23,475 bases of DNA, taken from the IMG/VR virus record IMGVR_UViG_2529293249_000015, positions 1 to 23,475 of that record. One strand, written 5' to 3'. Below are positions 1 through 10,078 of this stretch, piece by piece (the stretch's first letter is position 1; each line of letters begins with the position of its first letter). The translations under genes and the position numbers were made by a program. Source of the DNA: a virus (taxonomy: Duplodnaviria; Heunggongvirae; Uroviricota; Caudoviricetes). Below the pieces are notes generated by a model. The model was not told where the DNA came from. It made no database searches and was given only the letters and a program-made list of their open reading frames with translations.

Positions 1-258
1 ATGCAAACCGTTATTTTTGGTCGTCCGGGTTGCCCTTACTGTGTGCGTGCAAAAGATCTGGCTGAGAAATTGAGCAATGAACGCGATGATTTTCAGTATC
101 AGTATGTAGATATTCGTGCGGAAGGGATCACTAAAGAAGATCTACAACAAAAGGCAGGTAAACCCGTAGAAACCGTGCCGCAGATTTTTGTCGATCAGCA
201 ACATATCGGCGGCTATACCGATTTTGCTGCATGGGTGAAAGAAAATCTGGACGCCTGA
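1..258 (+). CDS. grxA: glutaredoxin 1
   Basis: 85-aa ORF with the CPYC active-site motif (GRPGCPYCVRAK), matching E. coli Grx1 in length and sequence; sits beside ybjM/ybjL as in E. coli. Confidence 0.9.
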   Translation: MQTVIFGRPGCPYCVRAKDLAEKLSNERDDFQYQYVDIRAEGITKEDLQQKAGKPVETVPQIFVDQQHIGGYTDFAAWVKENLDA

Positions 259-267
259 TCGTCTGAC

Positions 268-300
268 AAGCCCTCGCGTTGAGGGCTTTACTGATTTTTT
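268..300 (+). terminator. hairpin plus T-run between convergent grxA and ybjM
   Basis: 8-bp stem (aagccctc / gagggctt) with 5-nt loop at 268..288, followed by a T-rich stretch ending in TTTTTT at 295..300; lies between the 3' ends of convergent genes. Confidence 0.4.
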
Positions 301-665
301 CTGTGCTGTGGTTTAAACAAACTACTGATAAATAAGAAACACAGTGCCCCCAGCGCACACCAGAACACCGCGCTTAGTAACCATGCCAGCTCTTGCCAGA
401 ATGAGCGCGTCGGTGAAAAAAACAGCCGCATAATGAGCATCGAACAGGGTGCCGCCAGCATTGCGCCAAACAGAGGTTTCAGGACTTCTCTACGCTGTGA
501 AAAGAAGCTGGCGACTGCTCCAGGAAGAATGAAAAATAGCAAGCCGATTTCAGGATGCCCGGCAGCCCGAAAAGCGCCTTTCATGTGCGTCGCCAGAAAA
601 AGGCACACCACAATGAAGAGGACAAAACAGCAGATTGCCCCCGCCCAACGTTGTTTATGTTTCAC
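288..665 (-). CDS. ybjM: inner membrane protein YbjM
   Basis: 125-aa hydrophobic ORF, N-terminus MKHKQRWAGAICCF, in the expected position between grxA and ybjL. Confidence 0.8.
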   Translation of the reverse strand: MKHKQRWAGAICCFVLFIVVCLFLATHMKGAFRAAGHPEIGLLFFILPGAVASFFSQRREVLKPLFGAMLAAPCSMLIMRLFFSPTRSFWQELAWLLSAVFWCALGALCFLFISSLFKPQHRKNQ

Positions 666-934
666 TCGTTCCTCCTGACACTGCGTCTATCGAACACATT
701 TTTCGCCAGTGTGGCGTTCAGTAAGATAAAGCCGCTTCGCATTCCATGCTAATATAGGCCAACGCAATTCATATAGCCGTTGATACCTAATGTGATTACA
801 CTAGTAAAATATATTGTTACTTTACTATCGTTTAGGTGCGCTGAATGAATCTGCGCCCTGAATTCTGGTAAAAAACATTATCGTAAATTACCATTTCTTT
901 CAACAGCTTACTAGTAAACAAGAAGTTAGCCTCC

Positions 935-2620
935 GTGAATATAAACGTCGCCGAATTGTTAAATGGGAATTACATTCTGTTATTATTTGTGGTCCTCGCG
1001 CTTGGGCTATGTCTCGGAAAGTTACGACTTGGTTCGATCCAACTGGGTAATTCCATTGGCGTTTTAGTCGTATCGCTGTTATTAGGCCAACAACATTTCA
1101 GCATTAACACCGATGCGCTTAATCTTGGCTTTATGCTGTTTATTTTCTGCGTCGGGGTCGAAGCCGGACCGAACTTTTTTTCCATTTTTTTTCGCGATGG
1201 GAAAAATTACCTAATGTTAGCACTGGTGATGGTTGGCAGTGCGCTGGTGATCGCCTTAGGGTTAGGTAAGCTGTTTGGCTGGGATATTGGCCTGACGGCC
1301 GGTATGTTAGCAGGCTCTATGACGTCGACACCGGTTCTGGTCGGTGCTGGCGATACACTGCGTCATTCCGGCATGGAAAGCAGGCAGCTCTCACTGGCAC
1401 TGGATAATCTGAGCCTCGGGTATGCCTTAACCTATTTAATCGGTCTGGTGAGTTTGATTGTTGGTGCGCGTTACTTGCCGAAATTGCAGCATCAGGACTT
1501 ACAGACCAGCGCCCAGCAAATCGCCCGCGAACGTGGCCTGGACACTGATGCCAACCGTAAGGTTTATTTACCGGTGATCCGCGCCTATCGCGTCGGCCCG
1601 GAGCTGGTGGCCTGGACCGACGGCAAAAATCTGCGTGAACTGGGTATTTATCGACAAACCGGCTGCTACATTGAACGTATTCGACGTAACGGGATTCTGG
1701 CAAATCCAGACGGTGATGCCGTGCTACAAATGGGCGATGAAATAGCGTTGGTAGGCTATCCCGACGCCCATGCCCGACTCGATCCCAGCTTCCGTAACGG
1801 TAAAGAAGTTTTCGATCGTGACCTTCTCGACATGCGTATCGTCACTGAAGAAGTGGTCGTTAAAAACCATAACGCTGTAGGTAAACGTCTCGCACAACTG
1901 AAGTTGACCGATCACGGTTGCTTCCTTAACCGCGTCATTCGTAGCCAGATTGAGATGCCGATAGATGACAACGTCGTGCTTAACAAAGGTGACGTTTTAC
2001 AAGTCAGCGGTGATGCCCGTCGCGTAAAAACCATCGCCGATCGCATCGGCTTTATCTCGATTCACAGCCAGGTCACTGACCTGCTGGCATTTTGCGCCTT
2101 CTTTGTTATTGGGCTGATGATCGGGATGATCACCTTCCAGTTCAGCACATTCAGTTTCGGCATGGGGAACGCTGCCGGGTTGTTATTCGCCGGAATTATG
2201 CTGGGCTTTATGCGTGCTAACCACCCGACCTTCGGTTACATTCCGCAAGGTGCATTAAGCATGGTGAAAGAGTTCGGCTTGATGGTGTTTATGGCAGGCG
2301 TTGGTCTGAGCGCCGGTAGCGGTATTAATAACGGCCTGGGCGCGATTGGCGGTCAGATGTTGATTGCCGGATTAATTGTCAGTCTTGTGCCCGTGGTTAT
2401 CTGTTTCTTGTTCGGTGCTTATGTATTGCGAATGAACCGCGCACTGTTGTTCGGCGCAATGATGGGCGCACGCACCTGCGCGCCGGCAATGGAGATCATC
2501 AGTGATACAGCTCGCAGTAACATCCCTGCGCTGGGCTACGCGGGCACCTACGCAATCGCCAACGTCCTGCTGACGCTGGCAGGGACAATCATCGTCATGG
2601 TATGGCCAGGATTAGGATAA
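935..2620 (+). CDS. ybjL: putative AAE-family transporter YbjL
   Basis: 561-aa polytopic membrane ORF with GTG start ([20 protein letters not shown]), central soluble TrkA-C-like region, matching YbjL in length and N-terminus. Confidence 0.85.
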
Positions 2621-2732
2621 AACTGAAGTTGCCCTGAAAATGAAATTTTTTTGCACAACCGCAGAACTTTTCCGCAGGGCATCAGTCTTAATTAGTGCCA
2701 CTGCTTTTCTTTGATGTCCCCATTTTGTGGAG

Positions 2733-2775
2733 CCCATCAACCCCGCCATTTCGGTTCAAGGTTGATGGGTTTTTT
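2733..2775 (+). terminator. intrinsic terminator-like hairpin downstream of ybjL
   Basis: Perfect 10-bp stem cccatcaacc (2733..2742) / ggttgatggg (2760..2769), 17-nt loop, followed by TTTTTT (2770..2775). Confidence 0.5.
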
Positions 2776-2855
2776 GTTGCCTGAAATTTATGCCTTTTAA
2801 AATCATGATGTTAGAAGCAGTGTTTTTTAACGATGGCGACAAATTGGCGGCAGAG

Positions 2856-3074
2856 TCAAAGAGAGAGCGCCACCTGTCCTGATTTCATTGGATGCGGCTG
2901 AACCGGATTTGACTCTTTTGGCGTTGCAATCGAACGAACAAAAGTTTCATGGGTAACAAAAGTATGGCTGCAGTTAATGTTCTGGCACTGGTTGTAACGC
3001 TCTTTGGTCAATGAAGATACCTGAAAACTGCTGCGAGTATGGGCGGCACTTCCACACAGTGGGCAAATCATCAT
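2856..3074 (-). CDS. ogr: Ogr-family zinc-finger late transcription activator
   Basis: About 72 aa from MMICPLCGSAAHTRSS with C-x2-C ... C-x4-C pattern (CPLC ... CQNINC), resembling P2 Ogr; located directly after D as in P2. The tracked ORF extends 11 codons upstream; I take the MMICPLC start. Confidence 0.85.
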   Translation of the reverse strand: MMICPLCGSAAHTRSSFQVSSLTKERYNQCQNINCSHTFVTHETFVRSIATPKESNPVQPHPMKSGQVALSL

Positions 3075-3164
3075 TTTTCGAGTTCTCCTCATTTTTGCTA
3101 AATTCACAATAATGATACCGCATTATTCCATTTTGAAAACTTAAAAGTTCTCCATTGCGAAGAA

Positions 3165-4265
3165 TCATTCAATTTCGAAATCATCAATCTTCACTTCAAG
3201 CTCCAGACTGGTCGTAAAACCGTTATCCGGGCTGACAGTATGCGTCAGGGTGGTAATGGTCCATTCCGCATCATCTATCGGCTGTTTAAAGCCACTGACC
3301 TTCACAGGCATTTCCGTGTAGAGATCTGCCCGACCTTCTGCCAGTTGTAGCGAGAATGACGCAACGCCGCGTTGCAGGCGTTCCCACTGCATTTTCGCCG
3401 CTCGTTCGGCGTTGCTCCGGTTGGCATAAGTGCGATTAAGTACCAGCACGTTTTCATCCGTACCCACCAGGTAATCGCCCTGCTTCGCTTCCGGCTCTTT
3501 CTTCTGCTTCTTAGTCCTGCGCTTACGCTTCACCGTGGTGCTTTCTTTCTTCTCGGGTTCGCGGGTATGCAACCAGCTGGCAATTACGCCCGTGTAGGCT
3601 CCGCGATCTGCCAGGGTAAAGCGGTGACTGTCGCCGTCCTTGCGTGTGATAGTGATAACCGGTAGTGGTTTACCGCTGGCGCTTTTGCCCTGTCCCTGCC
3701 GAATGAATAACAGATTGCCATTTTTCACCGACGCAATAGCACCGTACTGGCGCGCCAGCCGCATCAAAAAACTGCCGTCACTTTCATTGGTCTGGTCTAT
3801 ATGATCCACGGGTTTATTCGACAGGTCTTTACCCAGTGCCATCTTCAGTTTGTGCCGCGCGGCTATTTCCTTCACCACTTCCCCGACTGTGGTCTTGTGC
3901 CACGACTTTTCACGGCGGGTATTCAGCGTTTCACGAAAATCAGCACTTCGCGCCCGGATAGTCAGGCGATCCGGCGCGCCAGTGTGTTCAATCTCGTCCA
4001 CCGTGAATGCCCCTTTCGGGAAAAGCGGCTGCCCCTTCCAGCCCAGCGCCAGCGTAATGACCGCACCACGGCGCGGCAGCGCGATTTTTCTGTCGGCGTC
4101 GTCCAGTTCCAGATCAAGCTGGTCTGCTTCAAAGCCCCGGTTATCCGTCAACGTCAGCCCCATCAGGCGGTTGTCCAGCACAGTGGTGATATCCCTGCCC
4201 TCAATACTGATGCTGAATGCCGGAGTTTTGTTGCCTTTCTTAAGCAGTTCAGAGCTGAAATTCAC
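3165..4265 (-). CDS. D: tail protein D (late control gene D homologue)
   Basis: 366-aa ORF, GTG start overlapping the U stop; position and size match P2 gpD. Confidence 0.85.
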   Translation of the reverse strand: MNFSSELLKKGNKTPAFSISIEGRDITTVLDNRLMGLTLTDNRGFEADQLDLELDDADRKIALPRRGAVITLALGWKGQPLFPKGAFTVDEIEHTGAPDRLTIRARSADFRETLNTRREKSWHKTTVGEVVKEIAARHKLKMALGKDLSNKPVDHIDQTNESDGSFLMRLARQYGAIASVKNGNLLFIRQGQGKSASGKPLPVITITRKDGDSHRFTLADRGAYTGVIASWLHTREPEKKESTTVKRKRRTKKQKKEPEAKQGDYLVGTDENVLVLNRTYANRSNAERAAKMQWERLQRGVASFSLQLAEGRADLYTEMPVKVSGFKQPIDDAEWTITTLTHTVSPDNGFTTSLELEVKIDDFEIE

Positions 4266-4747
4266 GACAGCAGCCCTCCCACCGTTTTACTGATATCACT
4301 TAAGGCAGATGTTGCCGTGTCCTGCAGATTATTCAGTTGCGTACTGAGATCACCGAACATATCGGACAGGGATTCATCCACCCGTTTGAGCGACAGGGTG
4401 AACTCAATCCGGCGCGGCATACCGTCGCGGAAAAACTCCGTTTTAGACTGATTTAGTCCCTCAATCACATACATGCCGTAAATCGTGCCGCTGCCTTCAA
4501 TCAGAGGCCATGCTTTCCCCTGTTCTGCCATCTGCTCCAGTGCCAGCAACGACAGCCTGCCGCCTGTTATCTCCGGCATAAGAACACCAGAAAGCGTCAG
4601 CATGTCATTGTCCGGTCCCAGAAACTGCGTTGACGGGCGTCGGTTAACCCGGCTGTTAGCCGCATGTCGCCAGCTGCGCTGATACTGCAGCTCCTGATAC
4701 GGCACGGTGCGCAGCATAAACACGTACAATCCCAGCACCATCATCAT
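4262..4747 (-). CDS. U: tail protein U
   Basis: 161-aa ORF (MMMVLGLYVFMLRTVPYQELQYQRSWRH) resembling P2 gpU; start overlaps the T stop. Confidence 0.9.
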   Translation of the reverse strand: MMMVLGLYVFMLRTVPYQELQYQRSWRHAANSRVNRRPSTQFLGPDNDMLTLSGVLMPEITGGRLSLLALEQMAEQGKAWPLIEGSGTIYGMYVIEGLNQSKTEFFRDGMPRRIEFTLSLKRVDESLSDMFGDLSTQLNNLQDTATSALSDISKTVGGLLS

Positions 4748-7700
4748 GCGTCGTATCCCCCCTGATCGCTGTAGTTACTCCTGGCTTTTGCCTTCAGCCT
4801 GCGTTCACGTTCATCAAGCTGGCGGGCCACCTCCCGCGCAATATCCTGCGCACTTTGTCCTGGCTGCGTCTGAATGATGATCTGCGTCGGTGCCTCAATC
4901 CGTTGAACGGGCGGCACAGCAGCTGCGCGACTCACCATCGCTTCACCGCCTTTCGCGGGAAGCGCCAAAGGATGCAACGGTGGAAGCTCTACTGGCGCGG
5001 CAGCAACGCCCATCATTCCGGCAACAACGGCAGCCAGTGCAGCTGTATTTCTCCGGCTGGTCACATTTGCCGGGCCGTTAACAATTTCCGGCCCGTTTTC
5101 ACCGACGATGCCAAACTGCCCGCGCGGGATATACCCGCCGCTGTCATACATCCCCGCAAAGCCATATCCCCATGACGGAAAACCACCTGATGGCATCATC
5201 ACTTTGCCGTCTGCATTCACTGTTGCGGGTTGCTGACGCGTCACGCTTTCCGGCAGTTTCGCCTTTGCAGCCTCTTTACTGATAATGCCGAGTTTCTCCA
5301 GCAACCAGGAAACGCCGGATTTCAGGGAGTCCAGCGGATGCATGACCATATTCAGCCCTTCCGCCAGTGCCTCCCCGAATCGTCGCCCCATTGCCGCTGC
5401 GCTCTGCAGTTCGGCAGAGGTCGACTTAACGGGCGTCAGCAGATCAGTAAACCAGCCCCACAGCGCCTGCACTTTGTCGCCAATCCACTGGAACACGGGC
5501 TTAAGCGGTTCGAACGCTGCACTGATGGGACCTGCCGCCGCTTTGAATCCTTCCACCACGCCACCGAGAAATGCGGTGATGGGTTGCCAGTATTTCCAGA
5601 CAACCAGCGCCACGCCCGCCAGTGCAGTAACCACAAGACCTATCGGACTGAGCAGAGCACCTAACAGACCAGATATGGCATACAGGGCAACGCGCAGCAT
5701 CGCCAGTGGACCAGATGCCAGTACTCGCAGCACCGTGCCTGCGGCGGCCAGTCCACCGCGCAGTACCGCCAGAGGATTCATAAACATCACAGCAACAGCA
5801 CGTAAACCGGATAATCCAGACTGCAAAAGTGCAACCGGCGCACCTGCTACAGTTTTCAGGACATTTCCCGTCAGTGATGCCGTGCGGCGCAAAGACGACA
5901 ACGGCGCAGTAAGTAAACCTGCGGCGTTGCCCGATGAAGCAAGCCCGCGTCGCAGCAGTGCCAGTGGTGCGCCAGCCAGCCAGGACAACGCGCTGCTGGT
6001 TCGAGTTACTGCTGCCGTAACGGAAGATAACGTTTTGATACCCAACACAGAGAATCCCAGACGGATCACTGCCAGCGGCCCCAGCACTGCAGCCAGCGCC
6101 ACCGCTAAGGTGCCGAGGCCGACGGTAACCGCAGCCACAACAGCCGATGCTTTCATCAGTGTGCCTGTCAGTTCCGGGTTAGCTTCCACCCAGCGACGCA
6201 ACGCCCCCGTGACGCTTTTCACCGTGTACAGAATATCCATCAGCGGCTGGCGCAGCGTTTCGCCCAGGCTGCTGAAGGTGTTCTGCGCTCCGGTTTTAAC
6301 CAGCAACCACTGCGCAGAAAGTGAATCCTTGTTAATGTCGGATTCTTTCTGCATGGAGCCAAGCGCATCATTGCCCGCTGTCAGTTTTAACTGACGCTGC
6401 AGTTCCGGCAGGTTGTTTGCCAGTTTCGCCGCGTCATCGCCAAACTCTTTACCAAACAACATAGTCATGGCAGACAGGCGCTTGTCCTGCGGCAGCGCGT
6501 TTACCTTCTCCAGCACGCGCTGGATAGTTCCCATCGCATCCTTCGTCATCTGCTTTTCAATCACTTCAGGATTGAGTTTCAGCAGATTCATCCCTTCAAA
6601 GAAACTCTTGCTTTGCATGGTGGCAATGGACAATTCACGCACCATCGCGTTTGCTGCACTGGCTGCAACCTCTGGCGCAGCGCCCAGTGTCAGGAAGGTG
6701 GAACCCAGCGCCGCCGCTTTACGATAATCCAGACGGTCAGCCACACCGCCCAGACGTTGCATCACATCAATGATGTCTGCCCCTTTCGACATGGCGTTAT
6801 CATCCAGATAGTTCAGCGCATCACCGAGCTGTTCAATATTGCGGGTGGGGATTTTGTAGAGCTGGGCGATTTTCCCCAGACTTTCTGACAGTTCATCCGC
6901 TGGCAGCTCAAAGGCTGTTGCCGCCTTTGCTGCCGTACTGGCGAAGGCCAGCAGGTCACGTTTCTGATCTTCCCAGCTGTCGTCAGGGTTTGCGACGTTC
7001 ATGCGCGCACCACCTTCAACCAGTGCAGCGAAGTCCACCGCACCGTTTTCCATCGGCAACTGTTCGCTGGCAGCCTTGATGGCATCCTGCATTTCATAAA
7101 AACGTGCAGTGCGGTTGCCATTATCGTCACGCAGACCATTGACCTGCTTTGCCACACCTTTCATGGCATCTTCCATGCTGGTATAGCTTTTTACTGCCGC
7201 CATCACTGGCGCACCCATTGCCAGCCCTGCAGCCGTGGTGGTGGCTCCGGCACCTGCAATACGATCACGCACCTCCAGCGAACGGGCATAACTGGCACGC
7301 GCTGCATTCATCCTACGCTGAGCTTCCCCCAGTCGCTTCAGCCGCGCCTCCTGTTTCGAAAGTTCCTGGTTATAACGTGATGTTTCACGGGCTAAACGGG
7401 CAGTTGCTCCCGCATCGTCTTTCGCAGAAATTCCCGCCCGGTACAGTTCAGCACGCACTAGCGCCGTCTGCTGCTGCAGCTTTTTCTGGCGTTCTTCCAG
7501 GCGCTGAACAGCCAGCCGTTGACGGCCCAGAGCAACAACCTGACGTTGCGAAGGCGGCCCCATCGCTCCCAGTTCCTGACTGAGCAAATTTGCACGCTGG
7601 CGGGCATAGTTCAGCCTGTCGCCTAATTTCTGATTTTCTGCCTGCAGCTTTCGGAAGCTGTCCAGACTGCTCCCGGCCTGATCAAGCTGCTTTATTGCAT

Positions 7701-7821
7701 CGCGGGATTTTTTGACAGCAGCAGCCAGTTCTCTTGAACTGGCCTGCGCAGATCGAAATGGGCGGGTGAGCTTGTCAACCGCATTAAGAATGACCTGCAG
7801 ACGCAGGTTGTTATCACTCAT
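4744..7821 (-). CDS. T: tail tape measure protein
   Basis: 1025-aa ORF with coiled-coil-like N-terminal third, hydrophobic Ala/Leu/Gly-rich repeat block and Gly-rich C-terminus; directly downstream of E/E'. Confidence 0.9.
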   Translation of the reverse strand: MSDNNLRLQVILNAVDKLTRPFRSAQASSRELAAAVKKSRDAIKQLDQAGSSLDSFRKLQAENQKLGDRLNYARQRANLLSQELGAMGPPSQRQVVALGRQRLAVQRLEERQKKLQQQTALVRAELYRAGISAKDDAGATARLARETSRYNQELSKQEARLKRLGEAQRRMNAARASYARSLEVRDRIAGAGATTTAAGLAMGAPVMAAVKSYTSMEDAMKGVAKQVNGLRDDNGNRTARFYEMQDAIKAASEQLPMENGAVDFAALVEGGARMNVANPDDSWEDQKRDLLAFASTAAKAATAFELPADELSESLGKIAQLYKIPTRNIEQLGDALNYLDDNAMSKGADIIDVMQRLGGVADRLDYRKAAALGSTFLTLGAAPEVAASAANAMVRELSIATMQSKSFFEGMNLLKLNPEVIEKQMTKDAMGTIQRVLEKVNALPQDKRLSAMTMLFGKEFGDDAAKLANNLPELQRQLKLTAGNDALGSMQKESDINKDSLSAQWLLVKTGAQNTFSSLGETLRQPLMDILYTVKSVTGALRRWVEANPELTGTLMKASAVVAAVTVGLGTLAVALAAVLGPLAVIRLGFSVLGIKTLSSVTAAVTRTSSALSWLAGAPLALLRRGLASSGNAAGLLTAPLSSLRRTASLTGNVLKTVAGAPVALLQSGLSGLRAVAVMFMNPLAVLRGGLAAAGTVLRVLASGPLAMLRVALYAISGLLGALLSPIGLVVTALAGVALVVWKYWQPITAFLGGVVEGFKAAAGPISAAFEPLKPVFQWIGDKVQALWGWFTDLLTPVKSTSAELQSAAAMGRRFGEALAEGLNMVMHPLDSLKSGVSWLLEKLGIISKEAAKAKLPESVTRQQPATVNADGKVMMPSGGFPSWGYGFAGMYDSGGYIPRGQFGIVGENGPEIVNGPANVTSRRNTAALAAVVAGMMGVAAAPVELPPLHPLALPAKGGEAMVSRAAAVPPVQRIEAPTQIIIQTQPGQSAQDIAREVARQLDERERRLKAKARSNYSDQGGYDA

Positions 7822-8250
7822 CGTTGGCCCCGCTTCTCTGAATCGCTTTATACCGCCATTCCAGCACTTCGGTCAGCGGCATAACGTCAGTAACGGATGG
7901 CGGCCAGTGAAAAATGGTGGCGATATCTGCCACCAGATCGTCAACCGTCAGGCTGTCGGTAAAACGGCAAGCACCGACTTCTTCAACAAAAAAGTGACAA
8001 CCTCAACCGACATGGCAGTGAGATCTGCCGGGTCCATCTCTGCAATTTCCTGTGCAGTCAGTGCCGGACTGGAGATGCGGGGGATCACGGTCATCATCGC
8101 GTTTACATCCATATCCATAATGGCCTGCAGGCGTGTACCGCGCAGCGCACCGGACTGCGGTTTACGCAGCACAATTTCGGTGATTTCTGTTTTACCGCGC
8201 TTGATGGGGGTATCCAGTTGAATGGTCTTTTCAGTCTGCTTATCGCTCAT
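7815..8250 (-). CDS. E: tail assembly chaperone E+E' (product of programmed -1 frameshift)
   Basis: A -1 shift at T_TTT_TTG (complement of 7987..7993) opens a frame that I translated by hand to ...VEEVGACRFTDSL...RSGANDE and that ends at TGA (complement 7815..7817), overlapping the T start codon. Confidence 0.65.
7948..8250 (-). CDS. E: tail assembly chaperone E
   Basis: 100-aa ORF immediately upstream of T in the P2 gpE position; contains the slippery heptamer near its 3' end. Confidence 0.85.
   Translation of the reverse strand: MSDKQTEKTIQLDTPIKRGKTEITEIVLRKPQSGALRGTRLQAIMDMDVNAMMTVIPRISSPALTAQEIAEMDPADLTAMSVEVVTFLLKKSVLAVLPTA
7987..7993 (-). other. slippery heptamer T_TTT_TTG for E/E' -1 frameshift
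   Basis: Minus-strand sequence ACT TTT TTG TTG in the E frame; the same heptamer type used by P2 E/E' and the lambda G/GT family. Confidence 0.65.
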
Positions 8251-8304
8251 TTTGCTGTCCTGTCAATTGGGTTCTGGCGCGGTATCCCGCGCCGTTCAGA
8301 TATA

Positions 8305-8820
8305 TCAGAGGCCGAGGGCGTTGCGGTGCGCTTCCATCAGGTCCACACCGTCCACAATTTCCACCATGTTGATAAGGTCCACTTCATAGAGCACCTCACC
8401 ATTGATGGTCAGCTTCGCGTAGCTGTTGGTACTGGTCACTTTGGTGGTGTTGCTTTCGCCCGTCTTCCACTCGCCGGAATCCACTTCTTTGTGACGTCCA
8501 CGCACGACAAGCTCCACGGCCTGCACTTCCCCGGTATCGTCACGCTGAATAGAGCCGGTAAAGCGCAGCTGGATGCCATCCACCGTGGCTTTACCCATCT
8601 GTTTAAACAGCAGCAATTCAGTACCACCAATGGAAAATTCTGTGTCCAGCGCACTGTCATCAAGCCCCAGATCCACATCCACCGCACCCGGCATTCCGCC
8701 GCCGCGATACTTCTCATATTTGCGGGTAAATTTCGGCAGCGTCAGCGACTCAACGATCCCCTGCCAGTTGTTCCCGTCGTTAAACAGGTTCAGGTGTTTT
8801 AATTTGCGTGGTAAAGCCAT
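8305..8820 (-). CDS. FII: tail tube protein FII
   Basis: 171-aa ORF (MALPRKLKHLNLFNDGNNWQGIVE) resembling P2 gpFII; downstream of the sheath gene. Confidence 0.9.
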   Translation of the reverse strand: MALPRKLKHLNLFNDGNNWQGIVESLTLPKFTRKYEKYRGGGMPGAVDVDLGLDDSALDTEFSIGGTELLLFKQMGKATVDGIQLRFTGSIQRDDTGEVQAVELVVRGRHKEVDSGEWKTGESNTTKVTSTNSYAKLTINGEVLYEVDLINMVEIVDGVDLMEAHRNALGL

Positions 8821-8829
8821 GTTGTCCCC

Positions 8830-10002
8830 TTACGCGCTGACCTGGCTGGCGAAATTCACCAGGTACTGATCGGTGATGCGCTGACGCAGCATCAGGTTTT
8901 CAAGTGGCGGCACTGGCGTGTAGTCGTAGTCGATGGTGAATTTTCCGGCTTTCAGCGTGTCTTTGTCGTTCACCGACTCATCCAGCCAGCAATCACCACC
9001 AATGAGATAGCCCTGACTGATCAGGCTGCGCATTTTGGCGCGGATACCTTCGATAATGTCGCGGGCCAGCGACGGGTTAAGCGGTTTATCCACCGCCCAC
9101 ATGTGTGCTTCTGCCATCGTGTCCATCAGCACCTGCGCCGTGCGGGTGTAGTTTTCGAAGGCAAAGAGCGGGTCATCACTCAGGCAGCGGGAACCCCAGA
9201 AGCGGAAACCGTCTTTACGCACAAGCGTGGTGACGTCGTTCTGGTTCAGCAGACCTGCATCGGTTGCCGGGTCCTGCAGATCCCAGAACACATCTGCAGA
9301 AATTCCGGTGACACCGTTCACGCCCACGTTGGACAGGCTTTTGTGCCATCCGGTCTGCTCGTCAATTTTGGCGCGCAGACCAAGCGCACGGGCGGTGGCA
9401 TATGCCGTTGCTTCGGCATTCAGCACCGTGTCCCAGCCAGTAAAGTCAGGCCAGATCAGCATCCCTTCGCGCTGGCTGAAGTTTTCGCGGTAAGTGATCG
9501 CCTCCTGCACTGTCTTGCAGCCATACGCTGACAGGTAAGCAAATCCACGCAGGCTTTGCGCCACGCTCAGCAACTCAGTAGCTACCGCCTTGGTGTCGTG
9601 GCCTGGCACGCCGAGAATGCGCGGTTTAACGCCGAGCTGTGACTGGGCAGATAACAGGGCTTTCATACCTGTTTTTTTACCTTCAGCAGTCACTGCGCCG
9701 ATGATATTGGTCGTGGTTTCGTCTTCCGTTTCACCCTGCGGCACACGCACAACAATGGTCACGGGTTTTGCCTGGTCAGCGATGGCATCCAGCGAACGGG
9801 CCAGAGTACCTGACTCACCCGCTTTACCGCTGGCAGTCAGCACATCAGTGATCAGCACGGGTTTATTAAGAGGAAACATTTTTGCATCGGCATCATCGCC
9901 CGTGCAGACCATACCCACGATGGCGGTGCTCACCGTGGTAATAGATCGGGTGCCTTCGTTGACTTCAACAACGCGCACCCCGTGGTGGTAATCCTGAGCC
10001 AT
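8830..10002 (-). CDS. FI: contractile tail sheath protein FI
   Basis: 390-aa ORF ([21 protein letters not shown]) resembling P2 gpFI; strong AGGAGG RBS upstream. Confidence 0.9.
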   Translation of the reverse strand: MAQDYHHGVRVVEVNEGTRSITTVSTAIVGMVCTGDDADAKMFPLNKPVLITDVLTASGKAGESGTLARSLDAIADQAKPVTIVVRVPQGETEDETTTNIIGAVTAEGKKTGMKALLSAQSQLGVKPRILGVPGHDTKAVATELLSVAQSLRGFAYLSAYGCKTVQEAITYRENFSQREGMLIWPDFTGWDTVLNAEATAYATARALGLRAKIDEQTGWHKSLSNVGVNGVTGISADVFWDLQDPATDAGLLNQNDVTTLVRKDGFRFWGSRCLSDDPLFAFENYTRTAQVLMDTMAEAHMWAVDKPLNPSLARDIIEGIRAKMRSLISQGYLIGGDCWLDESVNDKDTLKAGKFTIDYDYTPVPPLENLMLRQRITDQYLVNFASQVSA

Positions 10003-10078
10003 AGTGGCGAACCTCCTGATTGGATTAGGCTTCGCCCTATGTTGAAGTGATTGTGCCTGACAAACAGCTAAGCGCAGT

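Noticed and set aside
433-752. Two plus-strand ORFs (81 and 65 aa) within and beside ybjM
   Set aside because: Antisense to or overlapping the conserved host gene ybjM; no independent support.
2733-2775. Possible tRNA fragment at the att region (GGTTCAAGG resembles a T-loop)
   Set aside because: The structure is a single 10-bp stem with a 17-nt loop and a T-run, not an acceptor/T-arm arrangement; no cloverleaf can be drawn. Interpreted as a terminator.
2974-3168. 64-aa minus-strand ORF upstream of and overlapping ogr
   Set aside because: Overlaps ogr in another frame and spans its promoter region; Lys/Asn-rich low-complexity translation of AT-rich DNA.
5285-6394. 369-aa plus-strand ORF, Ser/Ala/Pro-rich
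   Set aside because: Lies entirely antisense to the tape-measure gene T; low-complexity composition typical of a shadow ORF opposite a GC-rich gene; no RBS context.
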